A DNA stretch of 64,000 nucleotides from the NCBI GenBank assembly GCA_964016885.1, contig OZ024750.1, forward strand, positions 32,736,001 to 32,800,000, read 5' to 3'. Within the stretch, counting starts at the first letter, position 1. The number at the start of each line of letters is the position of its first letter. Shown here one piece after another: positions 11,001-23,500 of this stretch. The DNA comes from Eledone cirrhosa (Eukaryota). The translations under genes were made by a program, and so were the position numbers. A model generated the notes under the pieces. The model searched no databases. It was not told the DNA's origin and saw nothing but the letters and a program-made list of their open reading frames with translations.

Positions 11001-12689
11001 TATTTTAAAAAAGAAAATGCACTTACCTTTTATTACATGTGAAAGTAAACCACTTTTGAAGCTGTGGAAACTGTGAGATTGGTTATACTATTTAGTGAAC
11101 ATGAAGTAGCAGCAATGATATTTCTTTAGGATACACAGAGAGGTACAATTGACAGAATTAGTAAACTATTAGTAAAACTAGTTGTAGTTATAGTAGCAAT
11201 AGTAGTTTTTGTTGTTTGTGGTAAAGCTAGTTAGTTATAGAGTTATTGGTAGCTACTATGGTATTCTGTTTGTTCCTCAGTATCTCTGTGAAGGCATAAT
11301 TGATGTACGACGTGTCTAGAGAGATATTGTCATCTCATCTATGCGTATACATTTACATATACTTATGTATGTATGTATGTCATATGATGTTCATATGTGT
11401 ATGTACAGTCATATATATATATGTGTGTATATATATATATGTGTATATACTATAGTAGCTTTTTTATACTGTCACCAATGTTGTCAAATAGCACCTAAGA
11501 CAACAACAACAGCAAACAGCTTTTCGAAAACAAATCAAGCTTCAATTGCATTCAGTTTAGCTTCGTTACCATGTTTCCCTGCTGAACAAGGTGGTAGTAA
11601 ACTACAACACTGTTGCAACAAAAAGACTGTCAGAGTGAGTGAGAGAGGGAGAGTCAGAGGTAGAGGTTAGAGAGAGAGAGAAATAGCTAGATAGGAGGTG
11701 AGAGAGGGAGTCAGAGAGACAAATAGAGAATAATAGGGAGAAAATTAATGAGAGGTAGAGGTAGAGAGATAGAGATATAGAGAGAGAATGAAAGAGTGTG
11801 CTTGTCAGACAGTCAGTCAGGCTAGTATATATAGAAGGCAATAGATATTGATCAAACCAAGCATCACAGGCTCTGTTTCAAAACATATAATTCCTAGCTC
11901 TGTATGTTATATAGAATATTACCAAACAGAATTCAGTCATACATTTCGCTGCTGTCCAAATTTTCATTCATTCATTCATTCATTCATTTTGATGTAGAAT
12001 CAACAACAATAACAACAACCACAACTACAACAGCAGCAACAAAATTGGCAGCAGAGAGTGAAAAAAATAATTTTTTTTAAATAACAAGAAAAAAAAAATG
12101 GATCTGGTGATAATTAATGGAAATTATAAAAAATAATAAAAACAATAATATATATATTTTATTTTATTTTCAAGATAGTGTTTCAAACCGAGGTGTAATT
12201 CTCTGCTGATTCTAAATATCAAAAAGTGCGAAGAATGCAACAGAGAATTTACTCTTCAGAAATCATTGATTTTTTCTTTCTCTTCCAATGAAAAGGAAGA
12301 ATAGAAAAGGAAGACCATCCTTCGGCTCACATTTCTCAATGTATTGGGTTAAATGCTTCATGTTAAATTCAAAATGGAGGCATTGAGTTCAAATTCTACC
12401 ATAAAATATTATATAGTGAAAAATAGAAAAGAAAATCTTAATTTATTAGTTAAATATTTATTTAGCTATTTATATGTTGGTTCATAATTGATGTATTGTA
12501 TTTTATTACTCTGTTTATAGTAAACATCTATCCACACACATACACATATATACATACATACTATACACACACACACACACATGCATAAATATATATATAT
12601 ATATATATATAACTATATATGCCTGTGTCTCTATGTGTATGCATATATATATATATATATATATATATGCATATATAAGCCATATCAGT

Positions 12690-13060
12690 TCCTGTATGAG
12701 CAAGGCATGGTCATCCGACCAGACACTGCCCACAACAAGACAACCCGTCTAACCCATGCTAGTGTGGAAGAACGGACGTAAAATGGTGATGATGATGATG
12801 ATGATATATATATAGAGAGAGAGAGAAAGAGAGAGAGAGAGAATGCTAGTGTTTAAATGTGGTAGCACTGGTACCACAATAAAATGCACACAGTGCACGT
12901 TGTAAAATGGTAGTGCAGCTGCCACAAAAATATGAACATCTTAATAGATGATAATAGTGGTACCATGAGAAAACAAACCCAGTACATACAGTGTAGAGTT
13001 TGGTGTTAGGAAGGGCATCCAGCTCTGGAGGGGCTTAACCAATCTAACCCATGCAAAAAA
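12690..13060 (+). mobile_element. Two adjacent SINE/RTE-tail fragments
   Basis: CCGTCTAACCCATGCTAGTGTGGAAGAACGGACGTAAAATG(GAT)n at 12745-12805; GGTGTTAGGAAGGGCATCCAGCT near 13002. Confidence 0.65.
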
Positions 13061-13175
13061 AGAAAATCTGCAACATCAAACCCTCAAATAGGCCCACAGC
13101 CCAGTATTTTCTGCCCTCATTGCTTGAGGGTATTCAAAGCAATGGTTGGCTTAACAAGCCATCTTCAGACTCAAA

Positions 13176-13233
13176 GTACCAGTAACGTACTGGGCTAATT
13201 GCTGGCCTTGTGCCAAAATTAGAAACAATTATT
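13176..13233 (+). mobile_element. Nin-like SINE 3' fragment
   Basis: AGTACCAGTAACGTACTGGGCTAATTGCTGGCCTTGTGCCAAAATTAGAAACAATTATT. Confidence 0.65.
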
Positions 13234-13369
13234 TTCATTGCCCTTCTTTACATCTGACGCGTTTGAGATCAGACTCAACTTTGGTAAGGATGGGGGAACA
13301 TGCACATATACATGTGCGCACGCACACGCACGCAGATACACACACATATATATATATATATGTATACCA

Positions 13370-13694
13370 GGGAAAGTCTTGGGAGGACCCTTCAGTTTTC
13401 TGGTGGTGATCTACACAATAAACGCACAGTACATGCAGTAAAGTAGATAGTGATAAGAAGGTCATCCAACCATAGAAAACTAGCCAAAAAAACTTTGGGA
13501 GGACCCTTCAGTTGAATCAAAGACATGACGACTTCACTTATGTTGGTGTTATGATAAGATGTAATCAGTAGAGCAAAGGACAGTTTGTAAGTGAGATGCA
13601 GGCCCCAGCCTTTCTGAGGGTCAGTAGCCCCAATTGAGTACTGGCTTGATCAGTGAAAACTTAGTAGCTGGAAAATGGACATTAGATGATGATG
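13370..13694 (+). mobile_element. Degenerate retroposon with GGAGGACCCTTCAGTT modules and RTE-type tail
   Basis: Module repeated at about 13382 and 13498; GAGATGCAGGCCCCAGCC...GTCAGTAGC shared with 56620-56950 and 58030-58630; ends GGACATTAGATGATGATG. Confidence 0.6.
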
Positions 13695-13728
13695 TGCCTT
13701 ATATCTATACATATATACGTACATATAT

Positions 13729-14105
13729 GGAGGCAGGTGGCTTAGTGGTTAGAGCCTTGCAATTGAAAGGTTGTGAGTTCAATTCTCAGACCGGGTGATG
13801 TGTTGTTTCCTTGAGTAAGACACTTTATTTCACATTGCTCCAGTTTACTCAGCTGTAGAAATGAGATGATAGGGACTGGGGTCCATATCATTCCACTGCA
13901 AAGTGGTCGTGGAGGTGCCACGGCAAAAAAAGCACCCAGCCCACACTGTAAAGTGGATGTGTAGGCGCCATGGCAAAAAAGCATCTAGCACTCATTGTAA
14001 ATGAGGTTGGTGTTAGGAAGGGCATCCAGCTGTAGAAATCAAGCTAGAATCAGTTCCCGTCCCACCCTTGTAAGCAGGGAAAAGTGGACGTAAAATGATG
14101 ATGAT
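13729..14105 (+). mobile_element. Full-length tRNA/CORE SINE with RTE-type tail
   Basis: A-box TGGCTTAGTGG 13738-13748, B-box GAGTTCAATTC at 13775, CORE-like segment, two ~48-bp internal modules, GGAAGGGCATCCAGCTGTAGAAA, tail GGACGTAAAATGATGATGAT. Confidence 0.9.
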
Positions 14106-14243
14106 ATATATGTGTGTGTATATGTATGTTACATACATATGCATGTGTGTGTGTGTATATATATATTTAAACCTACTAGTCAGTAGGCATCTCTAACAAA
14201 ATACACCCCCGTCCCACCCCATCCACACCGCCCCCTTCAATGC

Positions 14244-15101
14244 AAAGTTATGTTGGTGCCACAACATCCAGGCCAAAACAAATGAGATCGTGTAGGTGTC
14301 ACGACAAAAAAACACACAGTCCACGCTGTAATGTGACCGTGTAGGCAACACGGTAAAAACCTCACAGCCCCACACTGTAAATGTGGTTGGTGTTAGGAAG
14401 GGCATCCAGCTGTAGAAAACATGCCAGACAGTCCACGCTGTAATGTGGCCGTGTAGACAACACGGTAAAAACCTCCCAGCCCCACACTGTAAATGTGGTT
14501 GGTGTTAGGAAGGGCATCCAACTGTAGAAAACACGCCAGACAGTCCACGCTGTAATGTGACCGTGTAGGCAACACAGTAAAAACCTCCCAGCCCCACACT
14601 GTAAATGTGGTTGGTGTTAGGAAGGGCATCCAGCTGTAGAAAACACGCCAGACAGTCCACGCTGTAATGTGACCGTGTAGGCAACACGGTAAAAACCTCA
14701 CAGTCCCACACTGTAAATGTGGTTGGTGTTAGGAAGGGCATCCAACTGTAGAAAACACGCCAGACAGTCCACGCTGTAATGTGACCGTGTAGGCAACACG
14801 GTAAAAACCTCCCAGCCCCACACTGTAAATGTGGTTGGTGTTAGGAAGGGCATCCAACTGTAGAAAACACGCCAGACAGTCCACGCTGTAATGTGACCGT
14901 GTAGGCAACACGGTAAAAACCTTCCAGCCCCACACTGTAAATGTGGTTGGTGTTAGGAAGGGCATCCAGCTGTAGAAAACCCGCCAGACAGTCCTATGCG
15001 AGCAAGACAACCACTCTTGCCTCAAGTGGGAAAACCCCCGTCCAAACCCATGCAAGCGTGGAACAGGGACGTTAAACGATGATGATGATGATGATGATGA
15101 T
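14244..15101 (+). mobile_element. SINE-related element with an internal tandem array of six 112-bp units (14317-14988)
   Basis: CAGTCCACGC at 14317, 14429, 14541, 14653, 14765 and 14877; tail CCGTCCAAACCCATGCAAGCGTGGAACAGGGACGTTAAACG(ATG)n. Confidence 0.9.
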
Positions 15102-15240
15102 ATATATATGTGTATGTTTGTGTGTCTATATATATATTTAACATGTATATCTGTGTGTGTGTGTGTGTGTGTGTAAGCAATGGAAATTGATCTAGCAAGA
15201 TGTTGACCAGTTGTTTGTATTTATCTAGGTATCACCTATC

Positions 15241-15665
15241 AACTACAAACTAACAGCACTCACATAGTAGTGAAGGAATGTACCACCATCAACACCACCA
15301 CATCATCATCATCACCACCATCACTACCACCACAACACCCCCACAACTGCAGCACCACCACCACCGCCACCACCACCACCACCACATTACCATCATCACC
15401 ACCATCACCATCACCACAACCTTCACCACCACCAACACAACCACCACCACCTCCAACACCACCACCACTGCCACCAGCACCACAACCACTACCACCTCCA
15501 CCACAACCACCACCACCACCTCCACCACCACCACTGCCACCACCACAACCACCACCTCCAACACCACCACCACCACCACCACCACCACCACCACCACCAC
15601 CTCCTCCACCATCACAACCACCACCACCACAACCGCCACCACTATCGTCATCATCAACATCGTCA
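15241..15665. repeat. (CAC)n-rich tract with a unique leader
   Basis: Leader CTAACAGCAC.CACATAGTAG..AAGGA.TGTACCACCATCAACACC is shared with 17183-17531. Confidence 0.85.
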
Positions 15666-16098
15666 TATGTCAAATTTTCCATGCAGTTTTAGCTGTATTA
15701 TCATCATCCTCCATTTTCCCTGCTATCAAGATTTGTTCAGTTTGTCACGGGCCACACATGAGTAATTAATTGGAGCTACTGATTTCTTAGATGGACCAGG
15801 GGACCTTCATCTCCCTATATATGTTCCTATTGTCTACAGAGTACAACAGTTACATTCAATTGAAGCAGTTATACCAGGAGTTGTTTTTTTTTCAAGTCTT
15901 TGACACAACTGATGTGTCTCCCTGACCCTTTGTTTGACACGTTTTCTATACCTAGATGCCATTCATTTCATCAACCACTTAACATATTGTATTATCCTAG
16001 GTGCATTTATCATGTCATCAGCATTAGAAAAGTTGTCATGTCCTTGTTACAATCAAACAGTCCTCTCAACCCTTTTTATGGAATAGGAATGACATGTG

Positions 16099-17084
16099 AA
16101 GTTATGTTGGTACGACAAAATCCAGTCCGAAACAAATGACGTCGTGTAGGTGTCACGACAAAAAAAACACACAGACCAAGCTGTAATGTGGCCATGTAGG
16201 TAACATGGTAAAAACCTCCCAGTACACACTGTAAACATGGTTGGTGTTGGGAAGGGCATCCAGCCATAGAAAACCCGCCAGACGTGTAGGTGTCACGACA
16301 AAAAAAATACATAGTCCACGCTGTAATGTGGCCGTGTAGGTAACATGGTAAAACCTCCCAGTCCACACTGTAAACGTGGTTGGTGTTGGGAAGGGCACCC
16401 AGCCGTAGAAAACCCGCCAGACGTGTAGGTGTCACGACAAAAAAAATACACAGTCCACGCTGTAATGTGGTCGTATAGGTAACACAGTAAAAACCTCCCA
16501 GTCCACACTGTAAACGTGGTTGGTGTTAGGAAGGGCATCCAGCCGTAGAAAACCCGCCAGACGTGTAGGTGTCACGACAAAAAAAATACACAGTCCACGC
16601 TGTAATATGGCCACGTAGGTAACACGGTAAAAACAACCCAGTCCACACTGTAAACGTGGTTGGTGTTGGGAAGGGCACCCAGCCGTAGAAAACCCGCCAG
16701 ACGTGTAGGTGTCACGACAAAAAAAATACATAGTCCACGCTGTAATGTGGCCGTGTAGGTAACATGGTAAAACCTCCCAGTCCACACTGTAAACGTGGTT
16801 GGTGTTGGGAAGGGCACCCAGCCGTAGAAAACCCACCAGACGTGTAGGTGTCACGACAAAAAAAATACACAGTCCACGCTGTAATGTGGCCATGTAGGTA
16901 ACACAGTAAAAACCTCCCAGTCCACACTGTAAACGTTGTTGGTGTTGGGAAGGGCATCCAGCCGTAGAAAACCCGCCAGACAGTCATATACGAGCAGGAC
17001 AACCAATCTTGCCTCAAGTGGGAAAACTCCCGTCCAAACCTATGCAAGCGTGGAAGATAGACGTTAAATGATGATGATGATGAT
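16099..17084 (+). mobile_element. Paralogous SINE-related element with an internal array of six 139/140-bp units (16144-16980)
   Basis: GTGTAGGTGTCACGAC at 16144, 16284, 16423, 16563, 16703 and 16842; same leader (AAGTTATGTTGGT) and tail as 14244-15101. Confidence 0.9.
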
Positions 17085-17182
17085 GTGATTCAGCTGTAAA
17101 AACTATCATCAAACACTTTACAGGGTGTATGTTTTAATAAGTGTATTTTTTGTGGCACTAGAAAGATTTTTGGCCATTGACT

Positions 17183-17531
17183 CAACTGAAGAACTAACAG
17201 CACACACATAGTAGCAAAGGAGTGTACCACCATCAACACCACCACATAATAATCATCACCACCATCACCACCATCACTACCCCCCCCCCCAACTGCAGCA
17301 CTACAACCACTGACATACCACCACCACCACCACCACCACCACCATCACCACCACAACCACCACCATCATAACCACCACATCACATCATCACCACCATCAC
17401 CACCATCACTACCACCGCCACAACACCACCCCCAACTGTAGCACTACCACCACTGCCACCACCACCATCCCCACCATCACCATCACCACAGCACCACCCC
17501 CAACTGCAGCACCACCACCACTGCCACCACC
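17183..17531. repeat. (CAC)n-rich tract, paralogue of 15241-15665, cut off by the satellite
   Basis: Shared leader and AACTGCAGCAC interruptions. Confidence 0.85.
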
Positions 17532-17532
17532 A

Positions 17533-20500
17533 GGGAGAGGTGTAAGGAGTTATGATAGGTGTGTTGGGATTTAAGAGGGGAGGGAGAGGTGTAAGGAGTT
17601 GTGATAGGTGTGTTGGGATTTAAGAGGGGAGGGTGAGGAGGTGTAAGGAGTTATGATAGGTGTGTTGGGATTTAAGAGGGGAGGGTGAGAAGGTGTAAGG
17701 AGTTATGATAGGTGTGTTGGGATTTAAGAAGGGAGGGAGAGGTGTAAGGTGTTATGATAGGTGTGTTGGGATTTAAGAGGGGAGGGTGAGAAGGTGTAAG
17801 GAGTTATGATAGCTGTGTTGGGATTTAAGAGGGGAGGGAGAGAAGGTGTAAGGAGTTATGATAGGTGTGTTGGGATTTAAGAGGGGAGGGAGAGGTGTAA
17901 GGTGTTATGATAGGTGTGTTGGGATTTAAGAGGGGAGGGTGAGGAGGTGTAAGGAGTTATGATAGGTGTGTTGGGATTTAAGAGGGGAGGGTGAGAAGGT
18001 GTAAGGAGTTATGATAGGTGTGTTGGGATTTAAGAAGGGAAGGAGAGGTGTAAGGTGTTATGATGGTGTGTTGGGATTTAAGAGGGGAGGGAGAGGTGTA
18101 AGGTGTTATGATAGGTGTGTTGGGATTTAAGAGGGGAGGGTGAGAAGGTGTAAGGACTTATGATAGGTGTGTTGTGATTTAAGAGGGGAGGGAGAGAAGG
18201 TGTAAGGAGTTATGATAGGTGTGTTGGGATTTAAGAGGGGAGGGAGAGGTGTAAGGTGTTATGATAGGTGTGTTGGGATTTAAGAGGGGAGGGTGAGAAG
18301 GTGTAAGGAGTTATGATAGGTGTGTTGGGATTTAAGAGGGGAGGGAGAGGTGTAAGGTGTTATGATAGGTGTGTTGGGATTTAAGAGGGAAGGGAGAGAA
18401 GGTGTAAGGAGTTATGATAGGTGTGTTGGGATTTAAGAGGGGAGGGTGAGAAGGTGTAAGGAGTTATGATAGGTGTGTTGGGATTTAAGAGGGGAGGGAG
18501 AGGTGTAAAGTGTTATGATAGGTGTGTTGGGATTTAAGAGGGGAGGGAGAGGTGTAAGGAGTTATGTTAGGTGTGTTGGGATTTAAGAGTGGAGGGAGAG
18601 GTGTAAGGAGTTATGTTAGGTGTGTTAGGATTTAAGAGGGGAGGGAGAGAAGGTGTAAGGAGTTATGATAGGTGTGTTGGGATTTAAGAGGGGAGGGTGA
18701 GAAGGTGTAAGGTGTTATGATAGGTGTGTTGGGATTTAAGAGGGGAGGGTGAGGAGGTGTAAGGAGTTATGATAGGTGTGTTGGGATTTAAGAGGGGAGG
18801 GTGAGAAGGTGTAAGGAGTTATGATAGGTGTGTTGGGATTTAAGAGGGGAGGGAGAGGTGTAAGGTGTTATGATAGGTGTGTTGGGATTTAAGAGGTGAG
18901 GGAGAGGTGTAAGGTGTTATGATAGGTGTGTTGGGATTTAAGAGGGGAGGGTGAGAAGGTGTAAGGAGTTATGATAGGTGTGTTGGGATTTAAGAGGGGA
19001 GGGTGAGAAGGTGTAAGGAGTTATGATAGGTGTGTTAGGATTTAAGAGGGGAGGGTGAGAAGGTGTAAGGAGTTATGATAGGTGTGTTAGGATTTAAGAG
19101 GGGAGGGTGAGAAGGTGTAAGGAGTTATGATAGGTATGTTAGGATTTAAGAGGGGAGGGTGAGAAGGTGTAAGGAGTTATGATAGGTGTGTTAGGATTTA
19201 AGAGGGGAGGGAGAGAAGGTGTAAGGAGTTATGATAGGTGTGTTGGGATTTAAGAGGGGAGGGAGAGAAGATGTAAGTAGTTATGATAGGTGTGTTGGGA
19301 TTTAAGAGAGGAGGGTGAGAAGGTGTGTAGGAGTTGTGATAGGTGTGTTGGGATTTAAGAGGGGAGGGAGAGAAGGTGTAAGGAGTTATGATAGGTGTGT
19401 TGGGATTTAAGAGTGGAGGGTGAGAAGGTGTAAGGAGTTATGATAGGGGTGTTAGGATTTAAGAGGGGAGGGTGAGGTTTAAGGAGTTATGATAGGTGTG
19501 TTGGGATTTAAGAGAGGCGGGAGAGGTGTAAGGAGTTATGTTAGGTGTGTTAAGATTTAAGAGGGGAGGGAGAGGTATAAGGAGTTATGATAGGTGTGTT
19601 GGGATTTAAGAGGGGAGGGTGAGAAGGTGTAAGGAGTTGTGATAGGTGTGTTGGGATTTAAGAGGGGAGGGAGAGAAGGTGTAAGGAGTTGTGATAGGTG
19701 TGTTGGGATTTAAGAGGGGAGGGAGAGAAGGTGTAAGGAGTTATGATAGGTGTGTTGGGATTTAAGAGGGGAGGGAGCGAAGGTGTATGGAGTTATGATA
19801 GGTGTGTTAGGATTTAAGAGGGGAGGGAGAGAAGCTGTAAGGAGTTATGATAGGTGTGTTGGGATTTAAGAGGGGAGGGAGAGAAGGTGTAAGGAGTTAT
19901 GATAGGTGTGTTGGGATTTAAGAGGGGAGGGAGAGAAGGTGTAAGGAGTTATGATAGGTGTGTTGGGATTTAAGAGGGGAGGGTGAGAAGGTGTAAGGAG
20001 TTATGATAGGTGTGTTGGGATTTAAGAGGGGAGGGAGAGGTGTAAGGTGTTATGATAGGTGTGTTGGGATTTAAGAGGGGAGGGAGAGGTGTAAGGAGTT
20101 ATGTTAGGTGTGTTGGGATTTAAGAGGGGAGGGAGAGGTGTAAGGTGTTATGATAGGTGTGTTGGGATTTAAGAGGGGAGGGAGAGGTGTAAGGAGTTAT
20201 GTTAGGTGTGTTGGGATTTAAGAGGGGAGGGAGAGGTGTAAGGAGTTATGTTAGGTGTGTTAGGATTTAAGAGGGGGGGAGAGTAGGTGTAAGGAGTTAT
20301 GATAGGTGTGTTGGGATTTAAGAGGGGAGAGTGAGAAGGTGTAAGGAGTTATGATAGGTGTGTTGGGATTTAAGAGCGGAGGGTGAGAAGGTGTAAGGAG
20401 TTATGATAGGTGTGTTGGGATTTAAGAGGGGAGGGAGAGAAGATGTAAGTAGTTATGATAGGTGTGTTGGGATTTAAGAGAGGAGGGTGAGAAGGTGTAA

Positions 20501-23500
20501 GGAGTTATGATAGGTGTGTTGGGATTTAAGAGGGGAGGGAGAGAATATGTAAGTAGTTATGATAGGTGTGTTGGGATTTAAGAGAGGAGGGTGAGAAGGT
20601 GTAAGGACTTATGATAGGTGTGTTGGGATTTAAGAGGGGAGGGAGAGAAGATGTAAGTAGTTATGATAGGTGTGTTGGGATTTAAGAGAGGAGGGTGAGA
20701 AGGTGTAAGGAGTTGTGATAGGTGTGTTGGGATTTAAGATGGGAGGGAGAGAAGGTGTAAGGAGTTATGATAGGTGTGTTGGGATTTAAGAGGGGAGGGA
20801 GAGAAGGTGAAAGGAGTTGTGATAGGTGTGTTGGGATTTAAGAGGGGTGGGAGAGAAGGTGTAAGGAGTTATGATAGGTGTGTTGGGATTTAAGAGGGGA
20901 GGGTGAGAAGGTGTAAGGAGTTATGATAGGTGTGTTAGGATTTAAGAGGGGATGGTGAGGTTTAAGGAGTTATGATAGGTGTGTTAAGATTTAAGAGGGG
21001 AGGGAGAGGTGTAAGGAGTTATGATAGGTGTGTTGGGATTTAAGAGGGGAGGGTGAGAAGGTGTAAGGAGTTGTGATAGGTGTGTTGGGATTTAAGAGGG
21101 GAGGGAGAGAAGGTGTAAGGAGTTATGATAGGTGTGTTGGGATTTAAGAGTGGAGGGTGAGAAGGTGTAAGGAGTTATGATAGGGGTGTTAGGATTTAAG
21201 AGGGGAGGGTGAGGTTTAAGGAGTTATGATAGGTGTGTTGGGATTTAAGAGAGGCGGGAGAGGTGTAAGGAGTTATGTTAGGTGTGTTAAGATTTAAGAG
21301 GGGAGGGAGAGGTATAAGGAGTTATGATAGGTGTGTTGGGATTTAAGAGGGGAGGGTGAGAAGGTGTAAGGAGTTGTGATAGGTGTGTTGGGATTTAAGA
21401 GGGGAGGGAGAGAAGGTGTAAGGAGTTGTGATAGGTGTGTTGGGATTTAAGAGGGGAGGGAGAGAAGGTGTAAGGAGTTATGATAGGTGTGTTGGGATTT
21501 AAGAGGGGAGGGAGCGAAGGTGTATGGAGTTATGATAGGTGTGTTAGGATTTAAGAGGGGAGGGAGAGAAGCTGTAAGGAGTTATGATAGGTGTGTTGGG
21601 ATTTAAGAGGGGAGGGAGAGAAGGTGTAAGGAGTTATGATAGGTGTGTTGGGATTTAAGAGGGGAGGGAGAGAAGGTGTAAGGAGTTATGATAGGTGTGT
21701 TGGGATTTAAGAGGGGAGGGTGAGAAGGTGTAAGGAGTTATGATAGGTGTGTTGGGATTTAAGAGGGGAGGGAGAGGTGTAAGGTGTTATGATAGGTGTG
21801 TTGGGATTTAAGAGGGGAGGGAGAGGTGTAAGGAGTTATGTTAGGTGTGTTGGGATTTAAGAGGGGAGGGAGAGGTGTAAGGTGTTATGATAGGTGTGTT
21901 GGGATTTAAGAGGGGAGGGAGAGGTGTAAGGAGTTATGTTAGGTGTGTTGGGATTTAAGAGGGGAGGGAGAGGTGTAAGGAGTTATGTTAGGTGTGTTAG
22001 GATTTAAGAGGGGGGGAGAGTAGGTGTAAGGAGTTATGATAGGTGTGTTGGGATTTAAGAGGGGAGAGTGAGAAGGTGTAAGGAGTTATGATAGGTGTGT
22101 TGGGATTTAAGAGCGGAGGGTGAGAAGGTGTAAGGAGTTATGATAGGTGTGTTGGGATTTAAGAGGGGAGGGAGAGAAGATGTAAGTAGTTATGATAGGT
22201 GTGTTGGGATTTAAGAGAGGAGGGTGAGAAGGTGTAAGGAGTTATGATAGGTGTGTTGGGATTTAAGAGGGGAGGGAGAGAATATGTAAGTAGTTATGAT
22301 AGGTGTGTTGGGATTTAAGAGAGGAGGGTGAGAAGGTGTAAGGACTTATGATAGGTGTGTTGGGATTTAAGAGGGGAGGGAGAGAAGATGTAAGTAGTTA
22401 TGATAGGTGTGTTGGGATTTAAGAGAGGAGGGTGAGAAGGTGTAAGGAGTTGTGATAGGTGTGTTGGGATTTAAGATGGGAGGGAGAGAAGGTGTAAGGA
22501 GTTATGATAGGTGTGTTGGGATTTAAGAGGGGAGGGAGAGAAGGTGAAAGGAGTTGTGATAGGTGTGTTGGGATTTAAGAGGGGTGGGAGAGAAGGTGTA
22601 AGGAGTTATGATAGGTGTGTTGGGATTTAAGAGGGGAGGGTGAGAAGGTGTAAGGAGTTATGATAGGTGTGTTAGGATTTAAGAGGGGATGGTGAGGTTT
22701 AAGGAGTTATGATAGGTGTGTTAAGATTTAAGAGGGGAGGGAGAGGTGTAAGGAGTTATGATAGGTGTGTTGGGATTTAAGAGGGGAGGGTGAGAAGGTG
22801 TAAGGAGTTGTGATAGGTGTGTTGGGATTTAAGAGGGGAGGGAGAGGTGTAAGGAGTTATGTTAGGTGTGTTAAGATTTAAGAGGGGAGGGAGAGGTGTA
22901 AGGAGTTATGATAGGTGTGTTGGGATTTAAGAGGGGAGGGTGAGAAGGTGTAAGGAGTTGTGATAGGTGTGTTGGGATTTAAGAGGGGAGGGAGAGAAGG
23001 TGTAAGGAGTTATGATAGGTGTGTTGGGATTAAAGAAGGGAGGGTGAGAAGGTGTAAGGAGTTGTGATAGGTGTGTTGGGATTTAAGAGGGGAGGGAGAG
23101 AAGGTGTAAGGAGTTATGATAGGAGTGTTGGGATTTAAGAAGGGAGGGAGAGAAGGTGTAAGGTGTTATGATAGGTGTGTTGGGATTTAAGAGGGGAGGG
23201 AACGAAGGTGTAAGGAGTTATGATAGGTGTGTTAGGATTTAAGAGGGGAGGGAGAGAAGGTGTAAGGAGTTATGATAGGTGTGTTGGGATTTAAGAGGGG
23301 AGGGTGAGAAGGTGTAAGGAGTTATGATAGGTGTGTTAGGATTTAAGAGGGGAGGGTGAGGTGTAAGGAGTTATGATAGGTGTGTTAGGATTTAAGAGGG
23401 GAGGGAGAGAAGCTGTAAGGATTTATGATAGGTGTGTTGGGATTTAAGAGGGGAGGGAGAGAAGGTGTAAGGAATTATGATAAGTGTGTTGGGATTTAAG

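Noticed and set aside
13729-13800. tRNA gene candidates (also 2530-2604, 5104-5175, 7240-7313, 55730-55804)
   Set aside because: A/B boxes are present but run directly into SINE CORE sequence; no complete cloverleaf or oligo-T terminator
15260-15769. Pro-rich, Thr-rich and Gly-rich ORFs resembling extensin, formin or mucin
   Set aside because: Several frames on both strands are open over a (CAC)n tract; no unique domain or splice support
14317-16980. CRISPR-like regular arrays (also 54204-55467)
   Set aside because: Head-to-tail near-identical units without unique spacers, no cas genes, eukaryotic context
14193-17047. Repeated ORFs MPFLTPTTFTVW
   Set aside because: Antisense translation of SINE-derived tandem units; unit lengths 112, 139 and 140 are not multiples of three
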